Positions 45,768 through 59,033 of a stretch of DNA of 64,000 nt are shown piece by piece (position 1 is the first letter of the stretch; every line of letters starts with the position of its first letter). Below the pieces are notes generated by a model. It saw only the letters and a program-made list of their open reading frames with translations. It was not told the origin of the DNA and ran no database searches. The position numbers were made by a program, and so were the translations under genes. The stretch is from Lingula anatina (lineage: Eukaryota; Animalia; Brachiopoda), in assembly GCA_051362555.1 (NCBI GenBank), contig CM120643.1, positions 23,006,848-23,070,847 on the forward strand, given 5' to 3'.

Positions 45768-48700
45768 ATGGTTTACTTCGGGTATCTGATACTGGGTGCA
45801 GTTTTGCCGGCGTCCATATTCTTTTCAGGAGCAATAGCATGTTGGACCGAGATTGTTGCGGAATTTAACCAGCCCAGTTCTGATATGCATAGTTCTGCTT
45901 TCCTGTTAGGCAAGTTTATGACTCTCTCTCTCTCTCTCATATCGAAAACAAAAATTAAAAAAAACCTTAGTACATATTAGGTGTTTTTATGTCAATATGA
46001 AGAAATTAAGGATATTTACCAGAACATAGGTATGATCAAACTACAGTATGAGTGTCTATATCACACTCTCGAGCTTTTCGCTGACCTATTCTTGTAAAGG
46101 GTCTAAGAGCCCATTCAGAACAGATGGTCCTCGGATGTACTAAACCACGGATCAACTATGGGGGATCCTACATGGAGGCAAGACCGCTTAATCCCGTTAC
46201 GGTCTCTCCGCCTCCACACGCCCCGTCCCAGCAGGGGGCTAGCAATTAAACCTCGGAACAGAAATTTAATCCGTTTAATGGCGCGTGTGGAGGCGGTGAG
46301 ACCATGGTGGATTAAGCAGTCTTGCTCTCACGTAGGTTCCGCCATATGTGATCCGGGATCAGTAGATCCGAGGACCATCTGTTCTGAATGGGCTCTAAAT
46401 GTCGCGTGAAATGTGGATACTCGTAATTGACTAATTCGCATTTGAACTACTTCTTTAGATATATTTTTCAGGCCTGAACCAGTCCTTGTTTTTTGCCTTA
46501 ATGTTCGTTCCCAGTCATCTAATAAAGATAATAGGTGGTGTGGTAGGGCGCCCGTGGACCATACGGATTGGTTTTGCTCTTTGCTGTCTAGGACATGGAC
46601 TCAGTGCCATTGCTCCCAATGTGGCGTTTCTGACAATTTCACGATCTGTGCTAGTTGGATTTGGAATCTGTTGTCTTACGACGCCAATGCAATTTCTTTT
46701 GGCCGAGTGGTTCCCATGGCACCATCGATTCCACGTATTTGCTACCAGCTTTCATGCGATGATTAGTCCAATAGGTAGGCCTTATTATTCTGATAGTAAC
46801 TATAGACGTGATTATTTTAAGGGCTGAATCACGGAAGAGAATAACGATCACTTAGAAAAACCCTCTAGGGATCTGTCATTGACCGTTATTGACCCCGAAG
46901 TGACTAAAATACAAATTTTTTTTAAATAATTGAAAATTATTCAGACCATGGAAATATTTCTAGATATACTTCCATGGTCAGACACTCTGATAACTTACTG
47001 ATTACAAATAAAACTAATGCACAGTGGCCAAAGAGTTCCAAGATGGCGGAAAGAGTTTACCAGAATGTGAACTCACTAAAATAATTAACCTCACGTGACG
47101 TCTTTGTGACCAATCGATGAGCGTCATATATCGTCATCATATGTGTAACAAACAGCGTGAGACTTCCAGAATCATTGTGGTGTGGTGATGTCAAAGCAGT
47201 AGAACGCTTCTTCTAGTACATGCACTACCTCTACCTCCGATGCGAATGTTAAATAATTGATTAAAGAACATTTGTCTTGCAGGGTTTATAACGATCCCTT
47301 TACTGACAAGGTGGATAATGTCCACTGGCGGTTGGAGATATTCATTTCTCTTTTTGATGTGTTTTGGTCTTCTCCTTGGCGTTTTCACCGGATGTGTATA
47401 CCGGGAACCCAAATCAGAAGGCGTGATAAATATAAAGGATGACCAGGGTACCACACAAACTTTATCCTGGAGTCAATGGATGAGAGTAATCCTGATGACG
47501 ATGTGGTTTTTGACAGCTTTGTGCTATGGATTAAGTCAAGCGGTGATGTATACGTTTTTGGTAAGTTTACGTAGGGTACACGCTGTCTAACTAGTAAATA
47601 TCTAAGACTGCATTCCCACAGATTTTAGATAGATCTAGAGTCTCACTAGATTGCTGTCAGATTAGCCGGCTTTAATGTTTGTCCCCCCTACTAAAACTCG
47701 TAAGGGGGTAATTAACTTTCGTGCACGCTCGGCTGACAGCAATTTAGCGTGAACCCCCAGGGAATTAGGTCGATCCAGATGGTTCGATCTAAATCTGTGG
47801 GAACCCAGTCTAAATAATATTTTACACATCTACATATTTCGTATATGATTTTCATTATGATTTAATTCAGTCAGTGATAACATGTGTAAACGTAACTGAT
47901 GTGATTTGGATAGTGAATTGGATAGACTGCATTCCCAGAGATTTAGATCCCATTTCCACAGATTTTAGTTCGATCTTTCCCTGTGGGGAGTCTCACTAAA
48001 TTACTGTCAGCTTAGCCGGCTTAAGCGTCTGTCCCGCCTACTAAAAGCTGTAAGGGTGTAATTAACTAACGTAAGCGCTCGGCTGACTGCAATTTAGTGT
48101 GAACCCCCAGGGAGTTAGGTCGATCCGGATGGATCAAACAAAATCTCTGGAAATGCACTCTTAGATCGATCCATCCGTATGGGAATGGGGTCTTAAATTG
48201 GTTAATGTGTTCCAGGTAAAGTACGCCGAGGATCAGGGATTCCATGGCTATGTGTCAACATTGCCACTCACGGCAGATGGCGTTGGTAACTTCATTTCTC
48301 GATTTCTAGTTGGAATGTCAGGCGATTACATCAAGGGTTACTTGTTACACATGTATGCCGGATGCTCACTGATGTTAGCGCTTGCTTGGTTTATTTTACC
48401 GTCGTGCAAGTCTTTAGCCGGAGTTATTTCATTTGGAGCAGGTGGGCCCACTTTTACATTGTATTTTTATAAAGACAAATGGTTGCTTTTTAGCATAAGT
48501 GAATGTAACGCTACCCGTGCTCCAATGTTTAAGTTGGGTCACAATTAAAAGTAATGCCCCTTATGATGTAGGCCTACGCCAAGCAGGCGTATAATAATTC
48601 GTTTTCAGAATGGAAGTGTACTAAAGACTACGGAAAGCAAGGTGACACCGACCGACTTACGTTAAGCAAATATTTATATACGAACATCGTGCCATGGTAT

Positions 48701-49750
48701 GTCCAGTTAGGGAAGGTTTCAGTCTCCAACATTCCAACTGTGAAAGAAGGCATCGACGAAATGCTTATATTAATAAAAATTCAGTTCTAGGAGCCGGATA
48801 TGGTCCTATTGTTGCGGCACGTTACGCTGCTTGTCATGAAGTCATGGGAAGTGAAAACGTCCACAATTTATACCTCATTCAGCGCTTTGGCTTGGGACTT
48901 GGATTGGGCACCGGAGGTATCTTGTCAGGTGGGAGAAACCAATTATTTTAACGAAACACATTGTACTGATGAAATATGAAGCCATAATATTGTGCTATTT
49001 GCAGGGGAAGTCAATTAAATTATATTTGTAAAGTTTCTATCGTCATCAACATTTGAAAAAATATTTTCTATATTGTAACTACATGTACGTCACTCTAATG
49101 GATGATTGAAATTGGACTGTTTTTATCATAGTGTGTCTGGCATAATGAAACATTTTCATTAGAAATCATTTCTAATTCAAAATTAGAATTGCCCTTTACC
49201 GATACTTTTTTGATGTTCAACCATGAAATGACCTCCGATTTCATAATATTTGAATGAACTTGTTTCTTGTAGAACATCAAAAGTAATTTTCATACTAATT
49301 TTTGAATTGGAGAGACAAAATGAAAGTCACAACATGCCTGAATTAAAAAAAAAAAACCGTTGAAAATAAATCTGTCTAGCCTATGTCTGTTGAAAATAAA
49401 AACTGTCATAGGTGTACATATAAGTTTTCATTTCATTGATAGGCCTTGCTCTGGACGCTTACCACTCCTACACATTGGTTTTCAACTCCTTGGGATTCTG
49501 CTACTGTCTCGTGCTGGCTGCTCAAATCATAATGATCTCCAGCAACAAATATCGTCGCATTGTCTCCTCGTGCTCAATGCCAGTCACGGATGAACGACAG
49601 GCGGCGCCTATGTCACTTTTCAACACGAGACATAGCAGTGGCAGATATGTTTTCTATAACAAAAGAGGTGAATCATCAGAAACAACAACCCTTTGTGCCA
49701 GCGACATGACCTATACTATTGAAAAAATCCAACCATGCAGATGTATTTAA
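45768..49750 (+). CDS. SLC16/MCT-like MFS transporter, copy 3 (6 exons, about 466 aa)
   Basis: Exons 45768-45909 (GC donor), 46472-46774, 47283-47560, 48216-48441, 48785-48928, 49443-49750. Open frame and the same architecture. Confidence 0.88.
46107..46395. mobile_element. Harbinger-like MITE in intron 1 of copy 3
   Basis: TIR GAGCCCATTCAGAACAGATGGTCCTCGGAT / ATCCGAGGACCATCTGTTCTGAATGGGCTC with a TAA TSD. It shares the internal motifs GTCTCTCCGCCTC and AATTAAAYCTCGG with 20325-20870. Confidence 0.88.
47606..47810. mobile_element. Harbinger-like MITE in intron 3 of copy 3
   Basis: GACTGCATTCCCACAGATTT / AAATCTGTGGGAACCCAGTC with a TAA TSD. Absent from the equivalent intron of copy 2. Confidence 0.82.
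47925..48192. mobile_element. Composite or nested MITE of the 47606 family with doubled termini
   Basis: The core matches 47640-47790. It has two left-end-like motifs (GACTGCATTCCCAGAGATTT; CCCATTTCCACAGATTTT) and two right-end-like motifs (AATCTCTGGAAATGCACTC; TATGGGAATGGGGTC). Confidence 0.75.
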
Positions 49751-51703
49751 TATAAAAAGTAGTGCAAAACTGACATACCATATATTTGTTTGGTAGATTT
49801 TCGTAAAACCAATAGCTTGAAAACTGCCAACACCTGATCATCAATGCATGTGTAGTAGACATGCAATCTACCTTAAAAAGACATGGGTCTCTGCTAAATA
49901 CACAATTTTATTGCATTTTGGATAGCTTTCAGATTCGTTTACAGATTGAAATTATATCCAAACAAACGAGTATGTACCTGGGTAAAATATATAGAAAAAT
50001 CCGTTTTTCTTTTTCATTTGTGCGGTCCCCTTATAGTGACAATATAACGTCCACGGTACAGTTTAGCGACGCCCCAAATTGAATGGAAGCGACCTGAGTA
50101 GTAAAAAATAATAAATACTCTAGAGTTTCCAGAAAGTGGAGGGGTGAAGGGTGTATTAAAACGATGTAATTACGTGTACAATCATTTAAGTATTTTAGCA
50201 GATGTATTCCTTTTAACTAAAGAAATTCCAGGGTCACATTGCAGATCAGAATATTAGCCCAGCTGATGTATCTTGGTGAGGTAAAATATTTGGTTTGGGT
50301 TTCTGTAAATTTGCATCATCTCCTCCTTATGCATGGGTAATCTTTTTGTGGATCACCAAGAAAACACTCAAATGAGTACCGATCTGAGATTGTAACGCAT
50401 TTACAAGAGGAAAAACATACGTCACGTTGCTAAATTAACTGAAGAAACTGAATTTGATGAATGCAAGGTGTGGAAGATTGATGACCTTGTAGACGAGAAA
50501 GTTGCAGTAAAATGATGAATTTTTCTCATACTGGAAGCAACGAAGCAACAAAGATTACCACATGGGCAGTACTGCTGGCAAAATCCTTTGACGGCTTGGT
50601 CCATGTAAACATGGGGCAGACATTTATCGGTCTATTAACAGCCGAAATTAGTAAGTCGTGCTTACACTGAGTGATGCAGTTGAACACGCCAAACAATCAT
50701 TGCATTCTTAGTCATAAAACACCTCAAACACACTCTCCAGTCACTGAAAAAACCTTTGAGAAGAAAAGTGCCGTGTGTCATATGTTTTAGTCAAGTTTGA
50801 GTCAATCAGCGAATGGAAATTTCCATTGTAGCGTATGCTCCGCGACAATTTTCTGTTTTTGAGAAAAGAATGCCCCCAATTACTCCCGTGAGTTTTCTGT
50901 GCACTTGAAGGCCCCCATTCTTTGGTATTATCTTACGATATAATATGATGCCCCAGTTCTTCATCATTATATTTTGTTCAAGTGACCCATAACTACTGCA
51001 GTCAGAGCCGAGTTCGAGTCCGTGAGAGGACAAATTACAGCTACAGTTCTTTTTATATGCGTACTAGGTGGTGTCTTTCCAAACTCGATAGTCTTCCAAT
51101 TAAGCCGTCTTCATCGGTCGATTAGGGAATTTTGGGTGTATAGAACTCCTTTAAACACTCGCATATGGTATGAATTTTTAATAAGAATGTCGTAAGTGCG
51201 ACCAGTACCCAACGCAAGAAGGTATCAAGTATGGGGTACTATACGTAACAATATCTAAGACATCCTAATACTCTCACCAAAGACAGGTCATAGATTTTGA
51301 AAAAGCGCAGCTGGCAATTGCATCTGATAGTGTAACTTAAGAGAAATGTTTCACATGCAAACGGTTGGAGTTTGGGTTTGTCCAACGAGGCTTATTCAGA
51401 ATGCAGCTCCTTGGTTTGACAGAGAGAAACATTGGGTCGACAAGAACGGCCGGAACTTGTATGAAGACCACCAAAATTTTGTGATCGCCGTGGTCGTGGC
51501 AGGGTTACAGCCGGTCGTAAACTGGAGATTACCTGTCATTATAATTTGCATATGCAAATGTAATAGTGATGTAAAATCAAGAGCTGGTCTATAAAAATAC
51601 TGAATCCTTTATTAGCGTTTATTACCATTATCAGCGCTTGTACGTTTATACATTCCTTTATCTTTCAGGACTTTTTCACCGCCAAATAACATTCTTTGGC
51701 ACC

Positions 51704-51857
51704 ATGGTATATTACGGTTACATAATACTAGGCGCAGTTTTACCGGCGTCTATATTTTTCGGAGGATCGGCCACATCTTGGTCTGAAATTGTCTCGGATT
51801 TTAACCAGCCTAACTCTGACATGTACAGTTCTGCTTTCGTCTTGGGTAAGTTGTTAA

Positions 51858-51915
<58 letters not shown>

Positions 51916-52054
51916 TCTCACACGAATGATAAAGTATAGTTGATTTTTTCAAAAAATTGACTGATTAAAAATAAAAATTTATGGCAAAATATAACGTACA
52001 TTCTTGCTTCAAAGTATGGTATATTACAACAGATTATCAATGCAATGATTGCAA

Positions 52055-52103
<49 letters not shown>

Positions 52104-55007
52104 ATCATTCAACCGTTTCATCTTTCAAGTATAAAATGAATCGTTATCACTCATTAAATTTGCTGGACCAAAATAAAAGGCATTGCACACTCCAGCGACA
52201 GAAATAGTAATGGACTTTTAAACCTCTCGTTTTGGTTAGATTTTCTTGTCACAGATTATAGAAACGTGGCCATCGTATGTGCACTACTTCACCTTCCTCA
52301 ACTGAAAATAGTTCTCAAGGCAGTAGGTTAACCGAATCGTAATTTAGTACGTAGGGTTTAAGGTACCTTGACAATGTCTACCATATCAGGTTAAGCACGC
52401 CAATCACCTTGTAGATGTGTTGGACGATCTAAAACCTAGTGATAGATAATACCTGTTGTACGTATTAGAGCATCATTGTGATGAGTATTTAGTGAAGCCA
52501 ACGAGTATGAAAGCATAGTGCTTAATGTTACATTGGTTTAGAAATTAAAGTGTATGTAATGGCATAAATGCGTTTATATTATATCTTCTATCACGTGTTC
52601 CAGGTCTGAACCAGTCACTGCTGTTTTTCTTTGTATACATCCCCAGTCATCTAACAAAGATGATAGTTGATGTGTTAGGGTGCCCGTGGACCATACGGAT
52701 TGGTTTGGCTCTTTGCTGTCTAGGACATGGACTCAGTGCCATTGCGCCAAATATGACGTTTCTGACAATTTCACGAGCCGTATTTTTTGGATTTGGACTC
52801 AATTTCTGTATGACCCCGCTGTCATTTCTTATGGGTGAATGGTTTCCGTGGCGACACCGTCACCACGTGCTTGCCACTAGCTTTCAAATGATAACTTTCC
52901 CACTGGGTAAATATCATTTTTCTTCCGTTCCCTTTCCGGTGGTGCAACGAGTATATTTATATGTTTTTTGTTACTTAAACTTTATAAATTTGTCCATAAC
53001 TGGTAATTTATACAATGACACCTCTGAACCATTCCGTTGCTAGCGACAGTGCGAGACCCAGAAGTGCCGTGTTAATTTTGCAGTATTGAAATCTGTGTAT
53101 TGTAGCACTTTCCAACAACACTTTCAGATATTAAAATTTCAAACATTATTCATCTTGCAGGGTTCTTAACAGTGCCCCTATTCATCAGGTGGATAATATC
53201 AATAAGCAGTTGGAGATATTCCTTTCTCTTTCTAATGTGTTTTGGTGTGCTCCTTTGTGTTTTCACTGGATGTTTGTATCGGGAACCAAAATCAGAAGGC
53301 GTGCCGAATCCAACGAGTAGTGAAAATAAACTACAGACCACATCCTGGGCTGGATGGAGAAAAGTAGTCCTGATGTCCCTTTGGTTTACAGCAGCTTTGT
53401 GCAAAGGGTTATGTCAGTCTGTGATGTATACATTTTTGGTGAGTTTAAGACCCAATACAAAGTAAAGCATTTTGTTGGTTTTGAAAAAAGACTTCTATGT
53501 AATAGAAAATGAAATGCACACATGTCAATTGCTTCATAAACTGATTCCGTTGGTTCTTGTCCAGTCTCAAGGCGATCGATGTTGATGTTCCTGTGGATGT
53601 TTTTGTGTTAAGACTACACTAATAACTCATTTGCTTGATGCAGGTAAAATACGCTGAAGATAAGGGATTCCATGGACTGGTCTCGACATTGCCTCTCACG
53701 GCAGAAGGAATTGGAAACTTCACAACTCGATTTCTAGTCGGAATTTTGGGCGACTACATCAAGGGTTATTTATTATATATGTATACCGGATGCACCCTGA
53801 CGCTAGCTCTTGCTTGTTTTATTTTACCTCAGAGCAAATCATTAGCCGGTGTTATCTCATTTGGAGCTGGTAGGTTCTCATTTTTTGGACACATTTGAAT
53901 TTAAAAAAGAATCACTTTGTAAATATTTTGTCAGTATTAATATTACTTACTTTAGATGCATGGTTTCACTAGACTCGCAATTATCATCGGTCTATAACAC
54001 ATAGGCCAAAATATCACAACTTGAAAATTTAAGTGACCATAAAAATGGATAAAATGTGTGACCATAAAAATGGATACAATGTGTTTCATAGTCACAGTCG
54101 TGCTGGTATGCAGGGCATCATTTGGCAAAGTGTGATCACAAAAAGGTGATCGCTGTGGCGGATACGAACAGTGTGATATATGCTGTACGGTAATTAACTT
54201 ACACTTTATCAATTTTGAAAGAGGGAAATTAAAAACAATGACTCGTTTTCTGAATAATTCAGTTCTAGGAGCCGGGCAGGGTCCTATCATTGTTGCTAGT
54301 TACGCCACCGGTAACGAAGTCATGGGAGGTGAAAATGTTCACAGTTTATATCTTATTCTGCGTGTTGGCTGGGGCCTTGGTTTGGCAGCTGGGAGTTCCT
54401 TAACAGGTGAAAAGAAAACGTAGTGCTTACATGGGCAGGGCAAAACGGCCGCCTAAAAGAAAGCGTCAAAGTTTGGCCATTTTTGAGACTCGACATGTGA
54501 GATTGTTCGTTCAAGTTTTTGAAAGTTTGAGTAATCATCAAATCTTGCAAAAACAGAAGACATAAATTGTCTAGTCTTATGCAAATGTATCCTTTGGCTA
54601 AATGAAACATTAGCACTCAGTCTCAATTATAAATAGGCCTATCAATACATGCTATAATGAATGACGTGTTTGTTTGCTTGAAACGTGACATTACATTTCA
54701 TATCATTTTAGGCTTCGCTCTGGATTTGTACAGATCCCACACTTTGGTTTTCAACGCATTAGGACTTTGTTACTGTATCGCCCTGGTTGCCCAGATCACA
54801 ATAATCTCATGTAACAGATTTCGATGCACTGTCACCACGCCCTCAGTGCCAGTTACTGCAAAACGACAGATGTCAGCACCGTCGCTATTCAATACGAGGC
54901 CAAGGGAAAGCAAAGTTGTATTATACAACACAACTGAAAAAACACCAGAAACAACTACCTTCTGTTCCAGCAACGTGATCTATACTACTGAAAAAATCCA
55001 ACCATAA
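51704..55007 (+). CDS. SLC16/MCT-like MFS transporter, copy 4 (most divergent; 6 exons, about 462 aa)
   Basis: Exons 51704-51845 (GT donor), 52604-52906, 53161-53438, 53644-53869, 54263-54406, 54712-55007. Open frame. Its introns are not visibly alignable to those of copies 1-3. Confidence 0.88.
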
Positions 55008-57504
55008 AGAGTTAGTGAAGGGAAACACTTTAGAGCGCAAAACTGATGTGCCATGTGGTTGTGAGTGACAGATTTTTGTAAAATGGACAACTTGAAAACT
55101 GCCGACGTACACATACGTGTACTTGACAAGAACTGTCTCCTTCCAAGGCATGGGGTTAATTGGGTTTAGTATAGTTTTTCTTTTAGGCGCATTGCCAGCT
55201 TTTCATTCTAGATTAGAGCTATATCCAAACAAACGAGTATGTACCTACATGTAGGTAAAGCAAATGGAATTTATTCGTTTTCTCGCTTGTGTGGTCAGCG
55301 TTTGATACAAACGTCAGCATAGATACAAAACCGAAGGGGACTCAGTTCACTTTCTTGGTGGACATCATGGACTAGTTCTTACAGACCAGACGTGATTTCC
55401 TAAATTGACATCGACTGTGTCCTTCCATTTAGACTGGAGCGGAGAAGTTCCTTTGATCCACATGCTCTCCTCAAGGAAATTGAGGGACAATCGATGGTTT
55501 ACCGTATCAAAAGCCGCTTAGAGGCCAAGAGGATTAGTACATGTAGCATGGCTGAGTGTTCTAGGACCTCAGGCACACTACAATGACCTGTTACTAATAA
55601 TGGCAGCTTGGGCAAAAAAGAAAATTATTTGGTTATACACACTATGAGAACCTTTACAAATCATGTACCCCCTCTGCTTAGTACGGTGTTTGTAAGATAC
55701 AGATTATGAAAGAACTCGTTGTAGAAAAGTGAATTATTTAATGAAGTTATATCGGCTGGTGAATAACAGTGTATTTGTAGGACCAGAAAAACGCGAAATT
55801 TTCTTACAAGAAAACAGAGGAACTTTTGTTTAATTTGAATTAAAAAAAATTAACAAACTTTTGGAAACCCTGTTGTCCTAGCGGAGAAATTAGTCTAAAA
55901 TCAATGTGCAGGCTGGTTATGAAAAGAAATCCCAAAAGTACCTTCTGTCAGGGTCACAGATTGATTTTTCACTAGATATTCACAGATATTTTCTGGTTAC
56001 TTCATAAAATGATTTTCTGCGGTGTCGCCCTGAAGCAAAAATGCACATAATCTGTAGCCCCATCATAAGTGTTTTTTTTTTTATCAAAGTGCATATAATA
56101 CATGTATTAGTATACGTTATAATATTACGCCCATGTGACCCGAAACTACTGACCCGTCTGCTAATGTAGCCCAACAGAATACCTTTTATTTTTATATTCG
56201 TGTATAAAAAATCATTTAATTTACAAGATCATGGGTACAAAGAAATAGACAAAGCGCGTGGACATAAAGGTGTCTTCGTCGGTGGTGTCTTGGGTTCACT
56301 ATCTATGTTTAATGGCGACAGGGGAACATAGACCATGGTGCTTACGGTAGGTGAGAGGCTAGTGGTGGATAGAATAGGAGAATAGGCTGAGTAGGGAAAG
56401 TGATAAGAATTTCAAACAAGAATTATACGGATTATTATGATATACCCTGGACAGGCAAGGCGAGAATATTGACATCGGTTCATCCATAGACTATAAGTAA
56501 TCCTGTTTATGTAAGTAGGTATCAAGTGTTCTTTTTCCCAAACCAATATTTTATGATAATAAATACTCATATGTGCATCCCGAATAATCAATTAGATAAT
56601 ATATTTCAAAGAAACCTTGTTTCAAGTGCACGTTAGGCGCGTGTAGAGGTTTATGACATAATACTAGGATCACCATACATAATATAACATTGTTTTCTTT
56701 CATTCTCCTCTCACTCCTCCAATTTTTAATAACTCTGGCGTGTTCGTTTCTTACCATTCGGGTCGTTTGGGTTTAGTGTGGGACGTCGCTTAACTGTGCC
56801 ATTGCCGTTATATCACACGTTATAACAAAAAATATTTTAAGAATGTATTATTTAATTTATTATTAAAAATAACGATTTAATGACATGAGTGACATGAGTG
56901 AAAAATGGGCGGTTGTAAATTGTTTTCATGGTTTTGACATCTGGGCTACGTAAACAAGAGTATAAACAAAGTTTGAAAGGCAGGTGTTTGTGTCACTTCG
57001 TTGGAGAAGAAATCATTGTTTTGTTTTACTTGGATGGACAGAAAGACCGTGGATCATTTCATTTACACAACCCACCCAGACAGAACATTTCCCTATGTGA
57101 TAGATACGACGTGCGAGTGGTGTTCAGCAAGAAGAAGAGCAAAACATCAGGCGCTACCTTTTACCAAGATTATTGGCACAATAGGATCTGATCAACGCAA
57201 GCTGTGAAAATAGATGACCTTACCTTTGATGAGAATGTCGCCCTGAATGATTAAATCTTCCTCATAAAAAGACAAGGGAACTTGCAACACCCTCTTCCAT
57301 TATATAGACTGTATAGGTACATTAAAGCGACCAGCTACTACTAAATGTGTTTGGGTAGGGTCGGTCACAAAATGAAGTTACAGGTATTGGATAACACCTG
57401 TAGTCACTTCTTTAACATGCACAACCATGAAGTTGGGCTCATGAAGCAACTGAATTCACCAAACATCCGCCAAGAAATCATTCAATTTACAGACAAAGAT
57501 ATCT

Positions 57505-57671
57505 CCCTGGAGGTTCACGCAAAATTGCTGTCAGCCGAGCGCACACGCCAGTTAATTACCCCCTTACAGCTTTTAGTCGGCGGGACAGACATTTAAGCCG
57601 GTTAGGCTGACACCATCTAGTGAGACTCCCCAGGGGGATAGATCGATCTTAATATCTATGGGAATGGGGTC
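57505..57671. mobile_element. Truncated MITE of the 47606/47925 family with its core in the opposite orientation
   Basis: Reverse complement of the 47980-48110 core. It ends in TATGGGAATGGGGTCTTAAATTGG, exactly as at 48178-48201. Confidence 0.75.
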
Positions 57672-57694
57672 TTAAATTGGTAAATGTATTCCAG

Positions 57695-59033
57695 GTAAAG
57701 TACGCCGAGGATCAGGGATTCCATGGCTATGTGTCAACATTGCCACTCACGGCAGATGGCGTTGGTAACTTAATTTCTCGATTTCTAGTTGGAATGTTAG
57801 GCGACTACATCAACGGCTATCTGTTACACATGTATGCCGGATGCTCACTGATGTTAGCGCTTGCTTGGTTTATTTTACCGTCGTTCAAGTCTTTGGCCGA
57901 AGTTATTTCATTTGGAGCAGGTGGGCTCACGTTTACACTAAACCTTTGTATTTTTATAAAGACAAATGGTTGCTTCTTAGCATAAGTGCCTGAACGCTAC
58001 CCGTGGTCCAATGTTTAAGTTGGGTCACAATTAAAAGTAAAGTCCCTAATGAAGTAGGCCAACGCCAAGCAGGCTTATAATAATTCGTTTTCAGAATGGA
58101 AGTGTACTAAAGAATACGGAAAGCAAAGTGTCGCCGACCGACTTACGTTTAGCAGATATTATTATATGGAATGCGAACATCGTGCCATGGTATGTCCAGT
58201 TAGGGAAGGTTTCAGTCTCCGACATTCCAACTGTGAAAGAAGGCATCGACGAAATGCTTATATTTAAAAAAAAATCCAGTTCTAGGAGCCGGATATGGTC
58301 CTATTGTTGCGGCACGTAACGCTGCTTGTAATGAAGTCATGGAAAGTGAAAACGTCCACAATTTGTAACTCATTCAGCGTGTTGGCTTAGGACTTGGAAT
58401 GGGTTCCGGAGGTATTTTGTCAGGTGGGAGAAACCCGTTTTTTTGACGAAACACATTGTACTGATAAAATATGAAACCATAATACTGTGCTATTTACAGA
58501 GGAAGTCAATTAAATTATATTTGTAAAGTTTCTATCGTCATCAACATTTGAAAAAATATTTTCTATATTGTAACTACATGTACGTCACTCTAATGGGTGA
58601 TTGAAATTGGACTGCTTTTATCATAGTGTGTTTGGCATAATGAAACATTTTCATTAGAAATCATTTCTAATTCAAAATTAGAATTGCCCTTTACTGATAC
58701 TTTTTGATGTTCAACCATGAAATGACCTCCGATTTCATTATATTTGAATGAACTTGTTTCTTGCAGAACATCAAAAGTAATTTGAGAATTGGAGAGACAT
58801 AATGAAAGTCACTACATGACTGAATTTAAAGCAAGCAAGCAAACAAACAAACAAACAAACAAAAACCGTTGAAAATAAATCTGTTATAGATATGTCTGTT
58901 GAAAAAAAACTGTTATACGTGTGGCAGATATGTTTTCTATAACAAAAGAGGTGAACCATCAGAAACAACAACCCTTTGTGCCAGCGACATGACCTATACT
59001 ATTGAAAAAATCCAACCATGCAGATGTATTTAA
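57695..59033 (+). pseudogene. Truncated pseudogene duplicate of transporter copy 3 (copy 5)
   Basis: Only exon 4 (57695-57920), exon 5 (58280-58423, in-frame TAA at 58366-58368) and the tail of exon 6 remain. About 220 bp, including the exon-6 acceptor, is deleted near 58920 relative to 49414-49638. Exons 1-3 are absent upstream. Confidence 0.85.

Noticed and set aside
46158-46409. Arg-rich 83-aa ORF in intron 1 of copy 3
   Set aside because: It lies almost entirely within a MITE and has no transposase motifs.
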